DNA from: a virus
Direction: 5' to 3' (one strand)
Length of the DNA stretch: 15,603 bases
Virus genome (UHGV): UHGV-1832398
Below are positions 1 to 7,591 of this stretch, in pieces. The translations under genes and the position numbers were made by a program. The notes under the pieces are model-generated. The model made no database searches, was not told where the DNA came from, and worked only from the letters and a program-made list of their open reading frames with translations. Every line of letters begins with the position of its first letter. Within the stretch, counting starts at the first letter, position 1.

Positions 1-90
1 TTGCCTCCCCCCCGTTGATGGGTAAAATAGCCGCAATTTTTCGTTTTCAACAAGCGCGGCGCGATGCCGCTTACTCAAGAAGAAAGAATT

Positions 91-165
91 ATGACGTTGT
101 CTCCTTATTTGCAAGAGGTGGCGAAGCGCCGCACTTTTGCCATTATTTCTCACCCCAATAATTAA
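91..165 (+). pseudogene. prfC: 5' fragment of peptide chain release factor 3 gene (first 22 codons, [22 protein letters not shown]), then divergence to NN-stop; host gene interrupted by the prophage junction
   Basis: Translation from ATG at 91 matches my recollection of the RF3 N-terminus up to the start of the GTPase P-loop, where the native sequence should continue DAGKT; here it continues NN and stops at 163-165. Upstream 1-90 looks like a host promoter/leader. Confidence 0.7.
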
Positions 166-319
166 GCCCAAGTTAAAGCTCTTTTACTCTTTTAAAATCC
201 TTTCAGTCAATTGAGGTTTAGCTATATAACTCATTTAAATACATTTGGTTATGTAACTTCTTTAATTGAAAATTCTTTCATGTAACTTTAAATCGATCAG
301 GTTGCTTTCATCAAAAATC

Positions 320-376
320 TGTACATATGCTTGTACATAATGTACAAAGCAGCAGAGGTGTTTTGCGATTTGTACA
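320..376. promoter_or_regulatory. Cluster of four TGTACA palindromic hexamers (320-325, 332-337, 341-346, 371-376) immediately upstream of the integrase start; candidate Int arm-type or operator sites
   Basis: Direct reading: TGTACA-TAA-TGTACA forms a 15-bp near-perfect palindrome at 332-346; further copies at 320 and 371; int SD AGGTGA at 377-382. Confidence 0.35.
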
Positions 377-385
377 AGGTGAGTA

Positions 386-1609
386 ATGGCGCTGTCTGAT
401 GCGTGGTTGCGTTCAGTCGTTGGAAAGGAACGTGATAAGGTTTTGGTTAAATCCGATCGTGATGGTCTGTCTGTCAGAGTATCACCGAAAGGTCGCGTAG
501 TGTTCCAATATCGTTATCAATGGGCAGGGAAAGGTGAGCGTCTTGATATCGGAACTTACCCGGCAACTGGATTAAAAGAGGCCAGAGAAGAAGTTATCCG
601 TCTCCGTGGTGAACTCGAGTCAAACCGTAATCCACGATTGGTCAAGCAGGCTGAAAAACGAAAAGCTACTGAAGCCATGACGGTAGAGTCTGTGATCCGT
701 GCCTGGTATGAAGCATATTGTGTAAAAAATAAAAAAGGTTCTGAACAGATACTCCGCTCGTTTGAGCTGCACCTGTTCTCTAAAATCGGGAATATCCCTC
801 ACGATGCAGCTACATTGCATGATTGGTTAGAAGTCTTGGAGCCTCTTAGCACTAAGACTCCAGCAATAGCAGACCGATTGCTAATTAACGCAAAGCAGGC
901 CCATGTCTGGGCGTATAAGAGAAAGCTCATTGAAACTCGCCCGCTGTCGGATATCACGGGTAAAGATATGGATATCCGTAAAGGTCAGAAGAAACGGTTT
1001 CTGACACATGATGAAATTAAAATCCTTTATTCTGCGATCGATGGTTCTCGAATGGTTCCTAAATACCGGGCCTTCATTAAACTACTGCTGCATTTTGGTT
1101 GCCGTAGTTCAGAGCTAATTACCGCCAGGGTGGACGATTTTGATTTCATTAATAAAGTATGGACTGTACCACCAGAACGACATAAGACTGGGGAGATAAC
1201 AGGCGAACCGCTAAAGCGGCCCATTATTGAACCGGTTGAAGAGCTTATAAAGTACGCTATCTCTATGAACAATGGTTCCGATATGCTTTTTACTAAGGAA
1301 GGAAGCAGGGAACCCGTTGGTCGAACATCATTGCAGTCGCTACCTTACAATTTAATGCAATACGCATGGCGGCGTTTTGGGTATCAATTCCCTCATTGGT
1401 CTCTTCATGATTTGAGACGGACAGCACGAACAAACTTTTCAGATCTTACTGCGCCTCATATCGCAGAAATAATGCTCGGTCATAAACTGCCAGGGGTATG
1501 GCAAGTTTATGACAAGAGCGATTATTTAGAAGAACAGCGTAAAGCTTACCAAAAATGGTGGGAGAGGATTGAGGCGATAGTTACTTGTACTTGTTCAGAC
1601 AGCAACTGA
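386..1609 (+). CDS. int: Tyrosine-type site-specific integrase (phage integrase)
   Basis: 407-aa ORF adjacent to the junction; C-terminal catalytic signature HDLRRTARTNF (H-x-x-R) and downstream Tyr (VYDKSDY); SD AGGTGA upstream. Confidence 0.9.
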   Translation: MALSDAWLRSVVGKERDKVLVKSDRDGLSVRVSPKGRVVFQYRYQWAGKGERLDIGTYPATGLKEAREEVIRLRGELESNRNPRLVKQAEKRKATEAMTVESVIRAWYEAYCVKNKKGSEQILRSFELHLFSKIGNIPHDAATLHDWLEVLEPLSTKTPAIADRLLINAKQAHVWAYKRKLIETRPLSDITGKDMDIRKGQKKRFLTHDEIKILYSAIDGSRMVPKYRAFIKLLLHFGCRSSELITARVDDFDFINKVWTVPPERHKTGEITGEPLKRPIIEPVEELIKYAISMNNGSDMLFTKEGSREPVGRTSLQSLPYNLMQYAWRRFGYQFPHWSLHDLRRTARTNFSDLTAPHIAEIMLGHKLPGVWQVYDKSDYLEEQRKAYQKWWERIEAIVTCTCSDSN

Positions 1610-1813
1610 CAGTCCGCTTTGAGCGGGGAGCGGACGTTAGGGGAAGAGTGGTCTGGAAAAATGTAGTGATATTCGACGCAGATATTTAGGCTGAGCACGA
1701 GGATTTTACTTTCTATATGAGTGACTATTATAAAAACTGCTCTCAGAATTTGATAGTATTTGATATGATACGCTCTTCTTTACTTATGCGTTTTTTAATA
1801 GGGTTAATATATA

Positions 1814-3028
1814 ATGACTAAGCAAAAAAAACCTAGGAAAGTTCGGATAACAAAAGCTGAAAAAGAACGACGTGCAGAGTTTGATAAAAAGGAAATGAAT
1901 ATACGTGAGTATTTTTCAAATTTAAATAAACATGTGAACGATATTCGTAGTAAAGAGCGAGATTTTCATGGCCTTATCAGAGAACTGAATTACTTTCAAA
2001 AAAATATTGAATTTGAATACGAGAAAACGAGGGACATATCCCATCCAAGAGACTTAGGCAATGCTCGCGAAAATATACTAAAAGATTTTTTGAAATTAAG
2101 CGGTTTATTCCCAAGGCGTTATGCTGTGTCTTCAAGAAGCGTAAGAGTTGCTGCTGCTACAGGACATCTTAGCAACGAGATTGACATCGCATTATATGAT
2201 GCAGATGATGGATATGTGCTAATGCAGCGTAACGAAATATATGATGTTTACCCTTCTGAAAATGTATATGGAGTTATTCAAGTAAAATCAAAACTTACTA
2301 GGAAAGAATTAAGCAGTGCCATAAAAAATATTGCATCATATAAAAAACTACAAAGAAAAAAGAATGGCCATGGATTTTTTATAAATAACACATCATTCTC
2401 AGGGTTCGGAGTTGTTTTTGCATATGAAACAGAAATGCACTGGGATGATATAGTATCTGCTCTTAAGGAAGAAATCCAGAGTAATGAAACAAAATTACTA
2501 CCCAATGCAGTTTTCATATTAAATAAAGGCTATTTTTTATTTGGTAACAACAATGAATATCTGAGTTATAATTCAGATAGGATGATTAATGCAACTGACA
2601 TGATTGTACATGGCTTTCCTGATCGTGATGGTTGTTCCTTAGTTAACTTCCACAAGTTAATGATTACATTGTTGAATAATACTCAAAAAGGGAATGTAAA
2701 TATAAGTGATTATTATAGATTACCTTTAACTGCTGGAGATTATTCTTACGAATTTAATTTTGGTATGTTTAATGAGTTAATTAACTGTGAAGTACACGGT
2801 CCATATCATCGTTTATTCAAAGAGAAAGCTTTAAAAACATTAGTAAATTATTGTGTTAGCAATGAACAGATTAATATGGTTAAGTTAATCGACTTGGCTT
2901 TAGGTAAAACTCCAAATAATGAGGAAGCATACCAAAGACAACCATCGATGGTGACATTATATAACCCAGAAAATTTGCCACTACCTGAATTAATGTTTAG
3001 GGCGGTTCCGATGGTAAAGAATATATGA
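1814..3028 (+). CDS. Hypothetical 404-aa cargo protein; N-terminal region carries a restriction-endonuclease-like (Mrr/PD-(D/E)xK-type) signature, C-terminal ~220 aa unassigned
   Basis: Long ORF, markedly AT-rich relative to flanking phage genes. Motifs read from translation: GNARENILKDFLKLSG (aa 82-97), EIDIALYD (D124 at nt 2183-2185), VIQVKSK (Q156 at 2279-2281, K158 at 2285-2287). Followed by hairpin plus T-tract at 3168-3206. Confidence 0.6.
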   Translation: MTKQKKPRKVRITKAEKERRAEFDKKEMNIREYFSNLNKHVNDIRSKERDFHGLIRELNYFQKNIEFEYEKTRDISHPRDLGNARENILKDFLKLSGLFPRRYAVSSRSVRVAAATGHLSNEIDIALYDADDGYVLMQRNEIYDVYPSENVYGVIQVKSKLTRKELSSAIKNIASYKKLQRKKNGHGFFINNTSFSGFGVVFAYETEMHWDDIVSALKEEIQSNETKLLPNAVFILNKGYFLFGNNNEYLSYNSDRMINATDMIVHGFPDRDGCSLVNFHKLMITLLNNTQKGNVNISDYYRLPLTAGDYSYEFNFGMFNELINCEVHGPYHRLFKEKALKTLVNYCVSNEQINMVKLIDLALGKTPNNEEAYQRQPSMVTLYNPENLPLPELMFRAVPMVKNI

Positions 3029-3167
3029 CATCAACTATCGCTTATGAACATATAACTTGTCAGGGTTATAGTATAATAATTCCATATTATTACTTGATGA
3101 AAGAAGATATGTTGGTGACATGTCCAAAATGCAAGAAAAATTTGACTAGTGATACATAGCTCTCAGT

Positions 3168-3206
3168 TATGGCTGATTGTATAATAATCAGCCATAGTTA
3201 ATTTTT
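3168..3206 (+). terminator. Candidate intrinsic terminator of the cargo gene (11-bp stem TATGGCTGATT / AATCAGCCATA, 7-nt loop, then T-rich tract)
   Basis: Perfect inverted repeat 3168-3178 / 3186-3196 followed by GTTAATTTTT; stem is AT-rich so termination efficiency is uncertain. Confidence 0.4.
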
Positions 3207-3361
3207 ATGTGTGGTTTACACTCTATTAGATTAGGCAGTAAATTTACTCATCTGTATATTGCATTGAAAACCGGATTTGCCATACTTCATAATTAACAAA
3301 ACATAAATAAATTAGTTAAATAACTTGCACTAAACTCCATAAACATATTATAAACTTCCGC

Positions 3362-3418
3362 AGCTGGCACAGAGCAGACAGTCATATTTGTTTGGTCTGT
3401 GCCATAGATGTGCCAGCT
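3362..3418. repeat. Inverted repeat AGCTGGCACA (3362-3371) / TGTGCCAGCT (3409-3418) with internal TGTGCCA direct repeats (3398-3404, 3409-3415)
   Basis: Direct reading; located immediately 3' of the Xis-like gene on the minus strand; could be the end-of-operon hairpin or a protein binding site. Confidence 0.4.
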
Positions 3419-3438
3419 CAGATTTGAGCCAATGTTTG

Positions 3439-3633
3439 TTACTCAATTACTCCAGCAAACCTGTATATCTTACGTGATGCCCATTTATTTGGGCAGGATT
3501 TAATATCAGGATCTGGAAAATCTTGTCTGTATTTCTGGCCAGTCCTCCTATTTACGCTGTTCCAGCGAAGCACCGTTGATATTGAAACGCCACAGAATTC
3601 GGCGACTTGTTTTGTTGTCATTAAGTTGTTCAT
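3439..3633 (-). CDS. AlpA/Xis-family small helix-turn-helix protein (candidate excisionase / prophage regulatory protein)
   Basis: 64 aa; N-terminal MNNLMTTKQVAEFCGVSISTVLRW matches the AlpA/excisionase HTH pattern (L-T-x-KQVAE-x-x-GVS-x-ST-x-x-RW); SD GGAGGGG upstream of the ATG at 3633. Confidence 0.7.
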   Translation of the reverse strand: MNNLMTTKQVAEFCGVSISTVLRWNSVNRRTGQKYRQDFPDPDIKSCPNKWASRKIYRFAGVIE

Positions 3634-3667
3634 TGCTGCCCCTCCAGCGATTGTTCAGTTGAAAGAC

Positions 3668-4204
3668 TTATGCGCATGTGTGTAACTCCGATAACTCGTT
3701 AAAGCGCTCTATAAACATCCCGTAGGCATGGCCCGGTGCCAGTGGAATCACGTTGAACATCTCTGTTGCCGGGATGCCTTCCAGCACAGGCCAGAAAGAG
3801 CCATCATCAAGCCCGAGATCGCGGCGTTCGGTTGCCAGCATGATGAGATCGGCATATTTCACGGGCGTACTCATAACTGGGGGTAACCCGTATTTCTCAC
3901 GGATTACGGCGTCTATTTTTTCTTCCATCCGTTTATAGTCAGGAAGAAGGCGTTTCAGTGGTGCGGGGATGTCCTGGCAATATGCTTCTGTTGCATCATG
4001 CATTAACGCTTCAAAAACAAATTCCTGCGGTACCAGCTGGCTGCAAAGCACCGCATGTTGGGCGACGCTGTAGAAGTGTGAAAGATGCCCTGCAAAGCGA
4101 CAGATATTTGAAAGGGAAACCGCGATATCGTTAATCACGATATCGTCTTTATTTATCTTGTCATAATAAAAATGCTTCCCGGAAAAAGTTTTAATAAATG
4201 ACAT
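3668..4204 (-). CDS. yfdR: HD-domain 5'-deoxynucleotidase, YfdR-like (178 aa)
   Basis: HD-phosphohydrolase motif pattern (H...HD...D: FAGHLSHF, ALMHDATEAY); start at internal Met MSFIKTF supported by SD GGAG 8 nt upstream (the ORF track's longer start at 4234 lacks an SD); length matches CPS-53 YfdR from memory. Confidence 0.75.
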   Translation of the reverse strand: MSFIKTFSGKHFYYDKINKDDIVINDIAVSLSNICRFAGHLSHFYSVAQHAVLCSQLVPQEFVFEALMHDATEAYCQDIPAPLKRLLPDYKRMEEKIDAVIREKYGLPPVMSTPVKYADLIMLATERRDLGLDDGSFWPVLEGIPATEMFNVIPLAPGHAYGMFIERFNELSELHTCA

Positions 4205-4331
4205 TTTGTTCTCCACGTATATGTGCTGCACCACGCTGAATTCTGGTAAAAGGAAGCCCTCACCATCCGGCGATTATTGAGTTAATTACGTTTCCATAAA
4301 TGCCCCCGCAGGGGCATTTGCAGTAATGAAA

Positions 4332-5156
4332 TCAGGCGCTGAAAGTACCAATGAAGGTTTCTACTTTGCTGTCTTTGAATTTCTCAACAAGCAGATCACG
4401 AAATTCGTTAGCCATTTCTTCCTGCACCGCTTCCAGCTGAATAATGCGCAGAACCAGTACAGGACGATCGCCAGTGATAATGCTGAGGCGTAATTTAAAC
4501 GGACGTTCTTTCAGGCCTTCAAACGGAACGCATTTAAATTCAAATGCCACTGGCATAATATCTTTGGTTTTCGCTTCGACAGACTCCATCAGGGAGCGTT
4601 TGCCGCTGAAGTCATTATCTTCAAAATCAGCGGTCTGGTTTGCTTCAATCGTGATTTTACGGACAGCCGCAGCCGCTTTTGTTGCCTGAATAGCGTCACC
4701 ATTAGCATCAAAGCCCACAAGGTAGCCGGCCCAGTCTTCAATCCATTCTGCCAGTGACTTCTGGGAATGACGCTCGCCATTAACAGACAACAGAGCAGAG
4801 AACGGTGCTGTCTTTTTCAGTTTGAGAGTGGCGGTGTTATCTGCGTGACCTGGTTCATCAATAGTACCCAGGTTAAGCACACTGACGGCTCGCATATTAT
4901 CGGCATCGATAAAGCAGCGGGTGCCTTCATCTGCAAGATCTTTAGAATAACGGGTAAAGTCATCGATGCTGGCAGTGGAAAGCGCACCACGGAAACGGAA
5001 GCGATTTAAATTAAATTTTTCCAGATCATGAATGCGGAAATTCTCAGGCAATGCCACAGCATCGGCACCAATCTTACTGATAATTTCATTAACACCCTGA
5101 GCAGAAATAAGGGCATGGATTTGATTAATTGCGGTTGCGTCTAAGTTCTGAGACAT
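4332..5156 (-). CDS. yfdQ: YfdQ-like prophage protein (DUF2303-type, 274 aa)
   Basis: 274-aa ORF with SD GAGGA 7 nt upstream; length and synteny (between YfdP-like and YfdR-like) match the CPS-53 yfdP-yfdQ-yfdR arrangement as I recall it. Confidence 0.65.
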   Translation of the reverse strand: MSQNLDATAINQIHALISAQGVNEIISKIGADAVALPENFRIHDLEKFNLNRFRFRGALSTASIDDFTRYSKDLADEGTRCFIDADNMRAVSVLNLGTIDEPGHADNTATLKLKKTAPFSALLSVNGERHSQKSLAEWIEDWAGYLVGFDANGDAIQATKAAAAVRKITIEANQTADFEDNDFSGKRSLMESVEAKTKDIMPVAFEFKCVPFEGLKERPFKLRLSIITGDRPVLVLRIIQLEAVQEEMANEFRDLLVEKFKDSKVETFIGTFSA

Positions 5157-5221
5157 AATAAGTCCTCACTATATAAAGATATTCAGTGATGAGATAAATA
5201 ATCAGTTAATTAAAAACGATA

Positions 5222-5584
5222 TTAACGACCTGCTGCGCGGAGTTTTCCGTCAGGTTCACCGGCAAGAGTCAGTAACTGTCCCTGGTCTTCCTGCAGAATA
5301 GTCAGGCGACCACCGCGATTGACATACATCGGCGTTTCGGTGGTGTCTTCTTCGGAAATTTTCCCGCGGTTAGTCGGGCGAACATATGAGAGTTTGTGTT
5401 TGATTTTCACACGGTTCTCATCAAATGGTTCGATTTCCAGGTTGAGTGAGACCTTACCTTTGGTTTTCGTGTTCATCACACCGGAAGCGACTTCACTGAG
5501 AACTGCGCCGATTTTGGTTTCAAATACGCCGCCGTCCAGCTCCCCGATAAATGCCTGCACATCAGTACTGCGTTCGCTAGCCAT
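5222..5584 (-). CDS. yfdP: YfdP-like small prophage protein (120 aa); the ORF track's 226-aa version is an unsupported N-terminal extension
   Basis: Strong SD GAGGAG 7 nt upstream of the ATG at 5584 (MASERSTDV...); the upstream extension in the same frame is Arg/Cys/Pro/Trp-rich, typical of GC-rich non-coding read-through. Confidence 0.6.
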   Translation of the reverse strand: MASERSTDVQAFIGELDGGVFETKIGAVLSEVASGVMNTKTKGKVSLNLEIEPFDENRVKIKHKLSYVRPTNRGKISEEDTTETPMYVNRGGRLTILQEDQGQLLTLAGEPDGKLRAAGR

Positions 5585-5920
5585 TTTGCTGCTCCTCATC
5601 ATATCGACCCTGCAAGGCCGATTAGTTTCTCCACAAAACAGAGAAGAACACCTGCGGTGGCAGCCGCCCGGATGGATTGGGTTATGAGCCCGTCGTCCGG
5701 TGATGCTCTTCTCTGTTTTGTAAAAAGGACGGTACCAGCCGGAAGCAAGGGTACAAACTGGTACCGCCGGGACTACACACAGCATAAAGTTGTGGTGCCG
5801 GGTGCCTCCCGGTGCCTGGCGAAGGTTGCACACCAGACGGGTGGGTATCCACAGAAGGTCGACTGTCAGCCTCAACCTTAACCCGCGTGCGCTGAGCCGC
5901 ATTCACCACAACGCTAAGGA
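5585..5920. other. GC-rich, ORF-free, highly self-complementary segment in the leftward early transcript (candidate structured RNA element)
   Basis: 15-bp perfect inverted repeat 5633-5647 / 5707-5721; additional nested complementarities 5731-5738/5758-5765, 5789-5797/5904-5912, 5822-5828/5872-5878; overlapping ORFs in several frames (typical of non-coding GC-rich DNA), none with an RBS. Confidence 0.3.
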
Positions 5921-6021
5921 TTCTCTCTGGTTGAAAATACTTAGCTGTTATGTGCCTGTCTTTTCACCACTTCAGGCTCGGTGGGATCCTTTTAAGCCCG
6001 TATACATAAAAGGAAAATCAA

Positions 6022-6267
6022 ATGACTTTTGATGAAAAAGAACTTGATAATGCAATTAATAAAATCATCGTAACGTCGCTCTTTTCCTGTCTCAGCGACA
6101 CTCAGAAGAAACAGTTCTACGAATCGGTTTTCAACATGATCGAGCGTTGTTGTTTCTGCGATGCCGACGAGTTACCTGAAAAAATCAGGAAACAGTTGGC
6201 TGATGCTCTTCGAGTGCGACTTTCTGACCAATTTTCTGAAATGTGCTCTCCGAATTTGGACAAATAG
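6022..6267 (+). CDS. Hypothetical 81-aa protein
   Basis: ORF with SD AGGA 7 nt upstream; protein-like composition; overlaps the 3' end of the convergent minus-strand ORF by 83 nt. Confidence 0.45.
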   Translation: MTFDEKELDNAINKIIVTSLFSCLSDTQKKQFYESVFNMIERCCFCDADELPEKIRKQLADALRVRLSDQFSEMCSPNLDK

Positions 6268-6460
6268 AAAAAGGCCATTTCCATTCAGGGTCTGATGGAA
6301 ATACTTCAGCCTGTTCCAAAGCACGGCGTAAAGAGAACACAACTCCAGCCATAATCTGATGTTTCCCATTGGTCCAGCTATCGCCGCTCTGATCTACAGG
6401 GGCGGCTATGTCGTATGACCAAACGACTTCACAGTTATTGTTTAAAATCTGGACTTTCAT
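6185..6460 (-). CDS. Hypothetical 91-aa protein, first gene of the leftward (PL-type) early operon
   Basis: Start at internal Met (MKVQILNN...) with SD AGGTG about 6 nt upstream; the ORF track's longer 105-aa version starts at 6502. Confidence 0.45.
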   Translation of the reverse strand: MKVQILNNNCEVVWSYDIAAPVDQSGDSWTNGKHQIMAGVVFSLRRALEQAEVFPSDPEWKWPFSICPNSESTFQKIGQKVALEEHQPTVS

Positions 6461-6584
6461 TTCATACACCTGCTTTAACATGAGTGCCTGGTGGCACAAC
6501 ATGACTCAACGAATCATCCTGGACTTCATATGCCCCAGGCGGCTACTTCGTGGGCGTCCTGCCTGTTCGTTATCTTTGATATAA

Positions 6585-6613
6585 AATCTAACTTAACTTA
6601 GTTATTATGGCAA
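6585..6613 (-). promoter_or_regulatory. Candidate PL-type promoter (-35 TTGCCA, 17-bp spacer, -10 TAGATT on minus strand) overlapping CTTAG-type operator half-sites
   Basis: Direct reading of the reverse complement: -35 at 6613..6608, -10 at 6590..6585; motifs ACTTAGTT / CTTAGTT recur at 6596-6603, 6632-6640 and 6645-6653 and also in the cI-cro intergenic region. Confidence 0.35.
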
Positions 6614-6666
6614 GAGAAAACACCAAACTTTTCTTAGTTCGGTGCCTTAGTTAGAGAAGAGAGGTC

Positions 6667-7293
6667 TTAGAGTTCGTATTGAACTCCTTTGACTACACCA
6701 ATGATAAGGCAATTACCATTGATAGGGATGTTGGGATACCGAGGATTTAATGGCACTAAAAACTTTTGAGGGCCATCGATGACTAATTTTTTTACTGTAG
6801 CTTCGTTTGTTCCATCAAGTCGAGCGATGACTATTTTTCCATGACGAGGTTCTGCATCTGGATCTACAATCACTGTTGCGCCTTCTGGTATTGTTGGGAG
6901 GCCATTAGGGTTAGTCATGGAGTCACCTTTAACCTCTAATGCAAATGAGTTATCACCAATCTTTAATGATGTATCTACCCACTTGTCCACTTCACTAAAC
7001 ACTTCTGCTGCCCTGCACTCAGTAAACTGCCCAGCCTGAACCCACGATATTACAGGAACTCTGCGCATGTTTGTGACGAGTTTGCCTTCAAACTCAGCAC
7101 CATAAAGAATGTAATCTATTGACGTATTGAAGAACTTCGCTAATTTCGAAAGTGCCTCCCCACCAGGGGTATTGATGTCTTTCTCCCAGTACCCCACAGC
7201 AACGTCGCTTACTCCACAAAATTTACCCAATTCTTTCTGGGACGTTCCGGTAACTCTTCTCAGAGCTTTTATACGCTGACCAACCGTTTCCAT
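6667..7293 (-). CDS. cI: CI-type prophage repressor with N-terminal HTH and C-terminal LexA-like S24 autopeptidase domain
   Basis: HTH region (QKELGKFCGVSDVAVGYWEKD); Ala-Gly cleavage site (WVQAGQF); Ser/Lys dyad motifs (GDSM ... VKKL). Confidence 0.9.
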   Translation of the reverse strand: METVGQRIKALRRVTGTSQKELGKFCGVSDVAVGYWEKDINTPGGEALSKLAKFFNTSIDYILYGAEFEGKLVTNMRRVPVISWVQAGQFTECRAAEVFSEVDKWVDTSLKIGDNSFALEVKGDSMTNPNGLPTIPEGATVIVDPDAEPRHGKIVIARLDGTNEATVKKLVIDGPQKFLVPLNPRYPNIPINGNCLIIGVVKGVQYEL

Positions 7294-7390
7294 AGGAGCA
7301 CCATTTCTTGAATTGCTAAGTAATCTTAGTTTTTATTGACCAAAGATAGATTTGTAATTAGCATCTAATAAAACTTAGTTTGGAGGGCGT
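7294..7390. promoter_or_regulatory. cI-cro intergenic control region (OR); candidate PR -35 TTGACC (7336-7341), -10 TAGCAT (7359-7364); palindromes CTAAG-TAAT-CTTAG (7316-7329) and ATTAG-CAT-CTAAT (7357-7369)
   Basis: Divergent cI/cro arrangement plus direct reading of promoter hexamers and palindromic operator-like sites. Confidence 0.5.
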
Positions 7391-7591
7391 ATGACAACTG
7401 ACGATATCGAAAGCTACTTCGGCAGTATTGAGAAAGTTGCTGCTTTTTTCGGCATAACAACTGAAGCCGTTTATCAGTGGCGAAACCGTCCGGGCCAGTT
7501 AATTCCAAAAGGACGTGCAGCAGAAGCTGCATATAGAACTTGCGGACGGTTGCCATTTAAACCTGAGCTTTATGAAAAATCTAATGGATAA
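7391..7591 (+). CDS. cro: Cro-like small HTH regulator
   Basis: 66-aa ORF divergent from cI with SD GGAGGG; HTH-like segment (VAAFFGITTEAVYQWRNR). Confidence 0.7.
   Translation: MTTDDIESYFGSIEKVAAFFGITTEAVYQWRNRPGQLIPKGRAAEAAYRTCGRLPFKPELYEKSNG

Noticed and set aside
1-200. tRNA gene at the prophage boundary
   Set aside because: No tRNA-like T-arm or acceptor features are visible; the boundary instead falls inside the prfC coding start, a protein-gene att site.
3097-3159. 20-codon ORF (MKEDMLVTCPKCKKNLTSDT) between the cargo gene and its terminator
   Set aside because: Too short and lacks a convincing SD; possibly real but unsupported by sequence alone.
5585-5902. N-terminal extension of the 226-aa minus-strand ORF (5222..5902), plus overlapping ORFs 5319..5687, 5657..5881, 5682..5909, 5790..6032
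   Set aside because: Arg/Pro/Cys/Trp-rich translations without an RBS, while a strong SD (GAGGAG) precedes the internal ATG at 5584; this is the pattern of open frames in GC-rich non-coding DNA.
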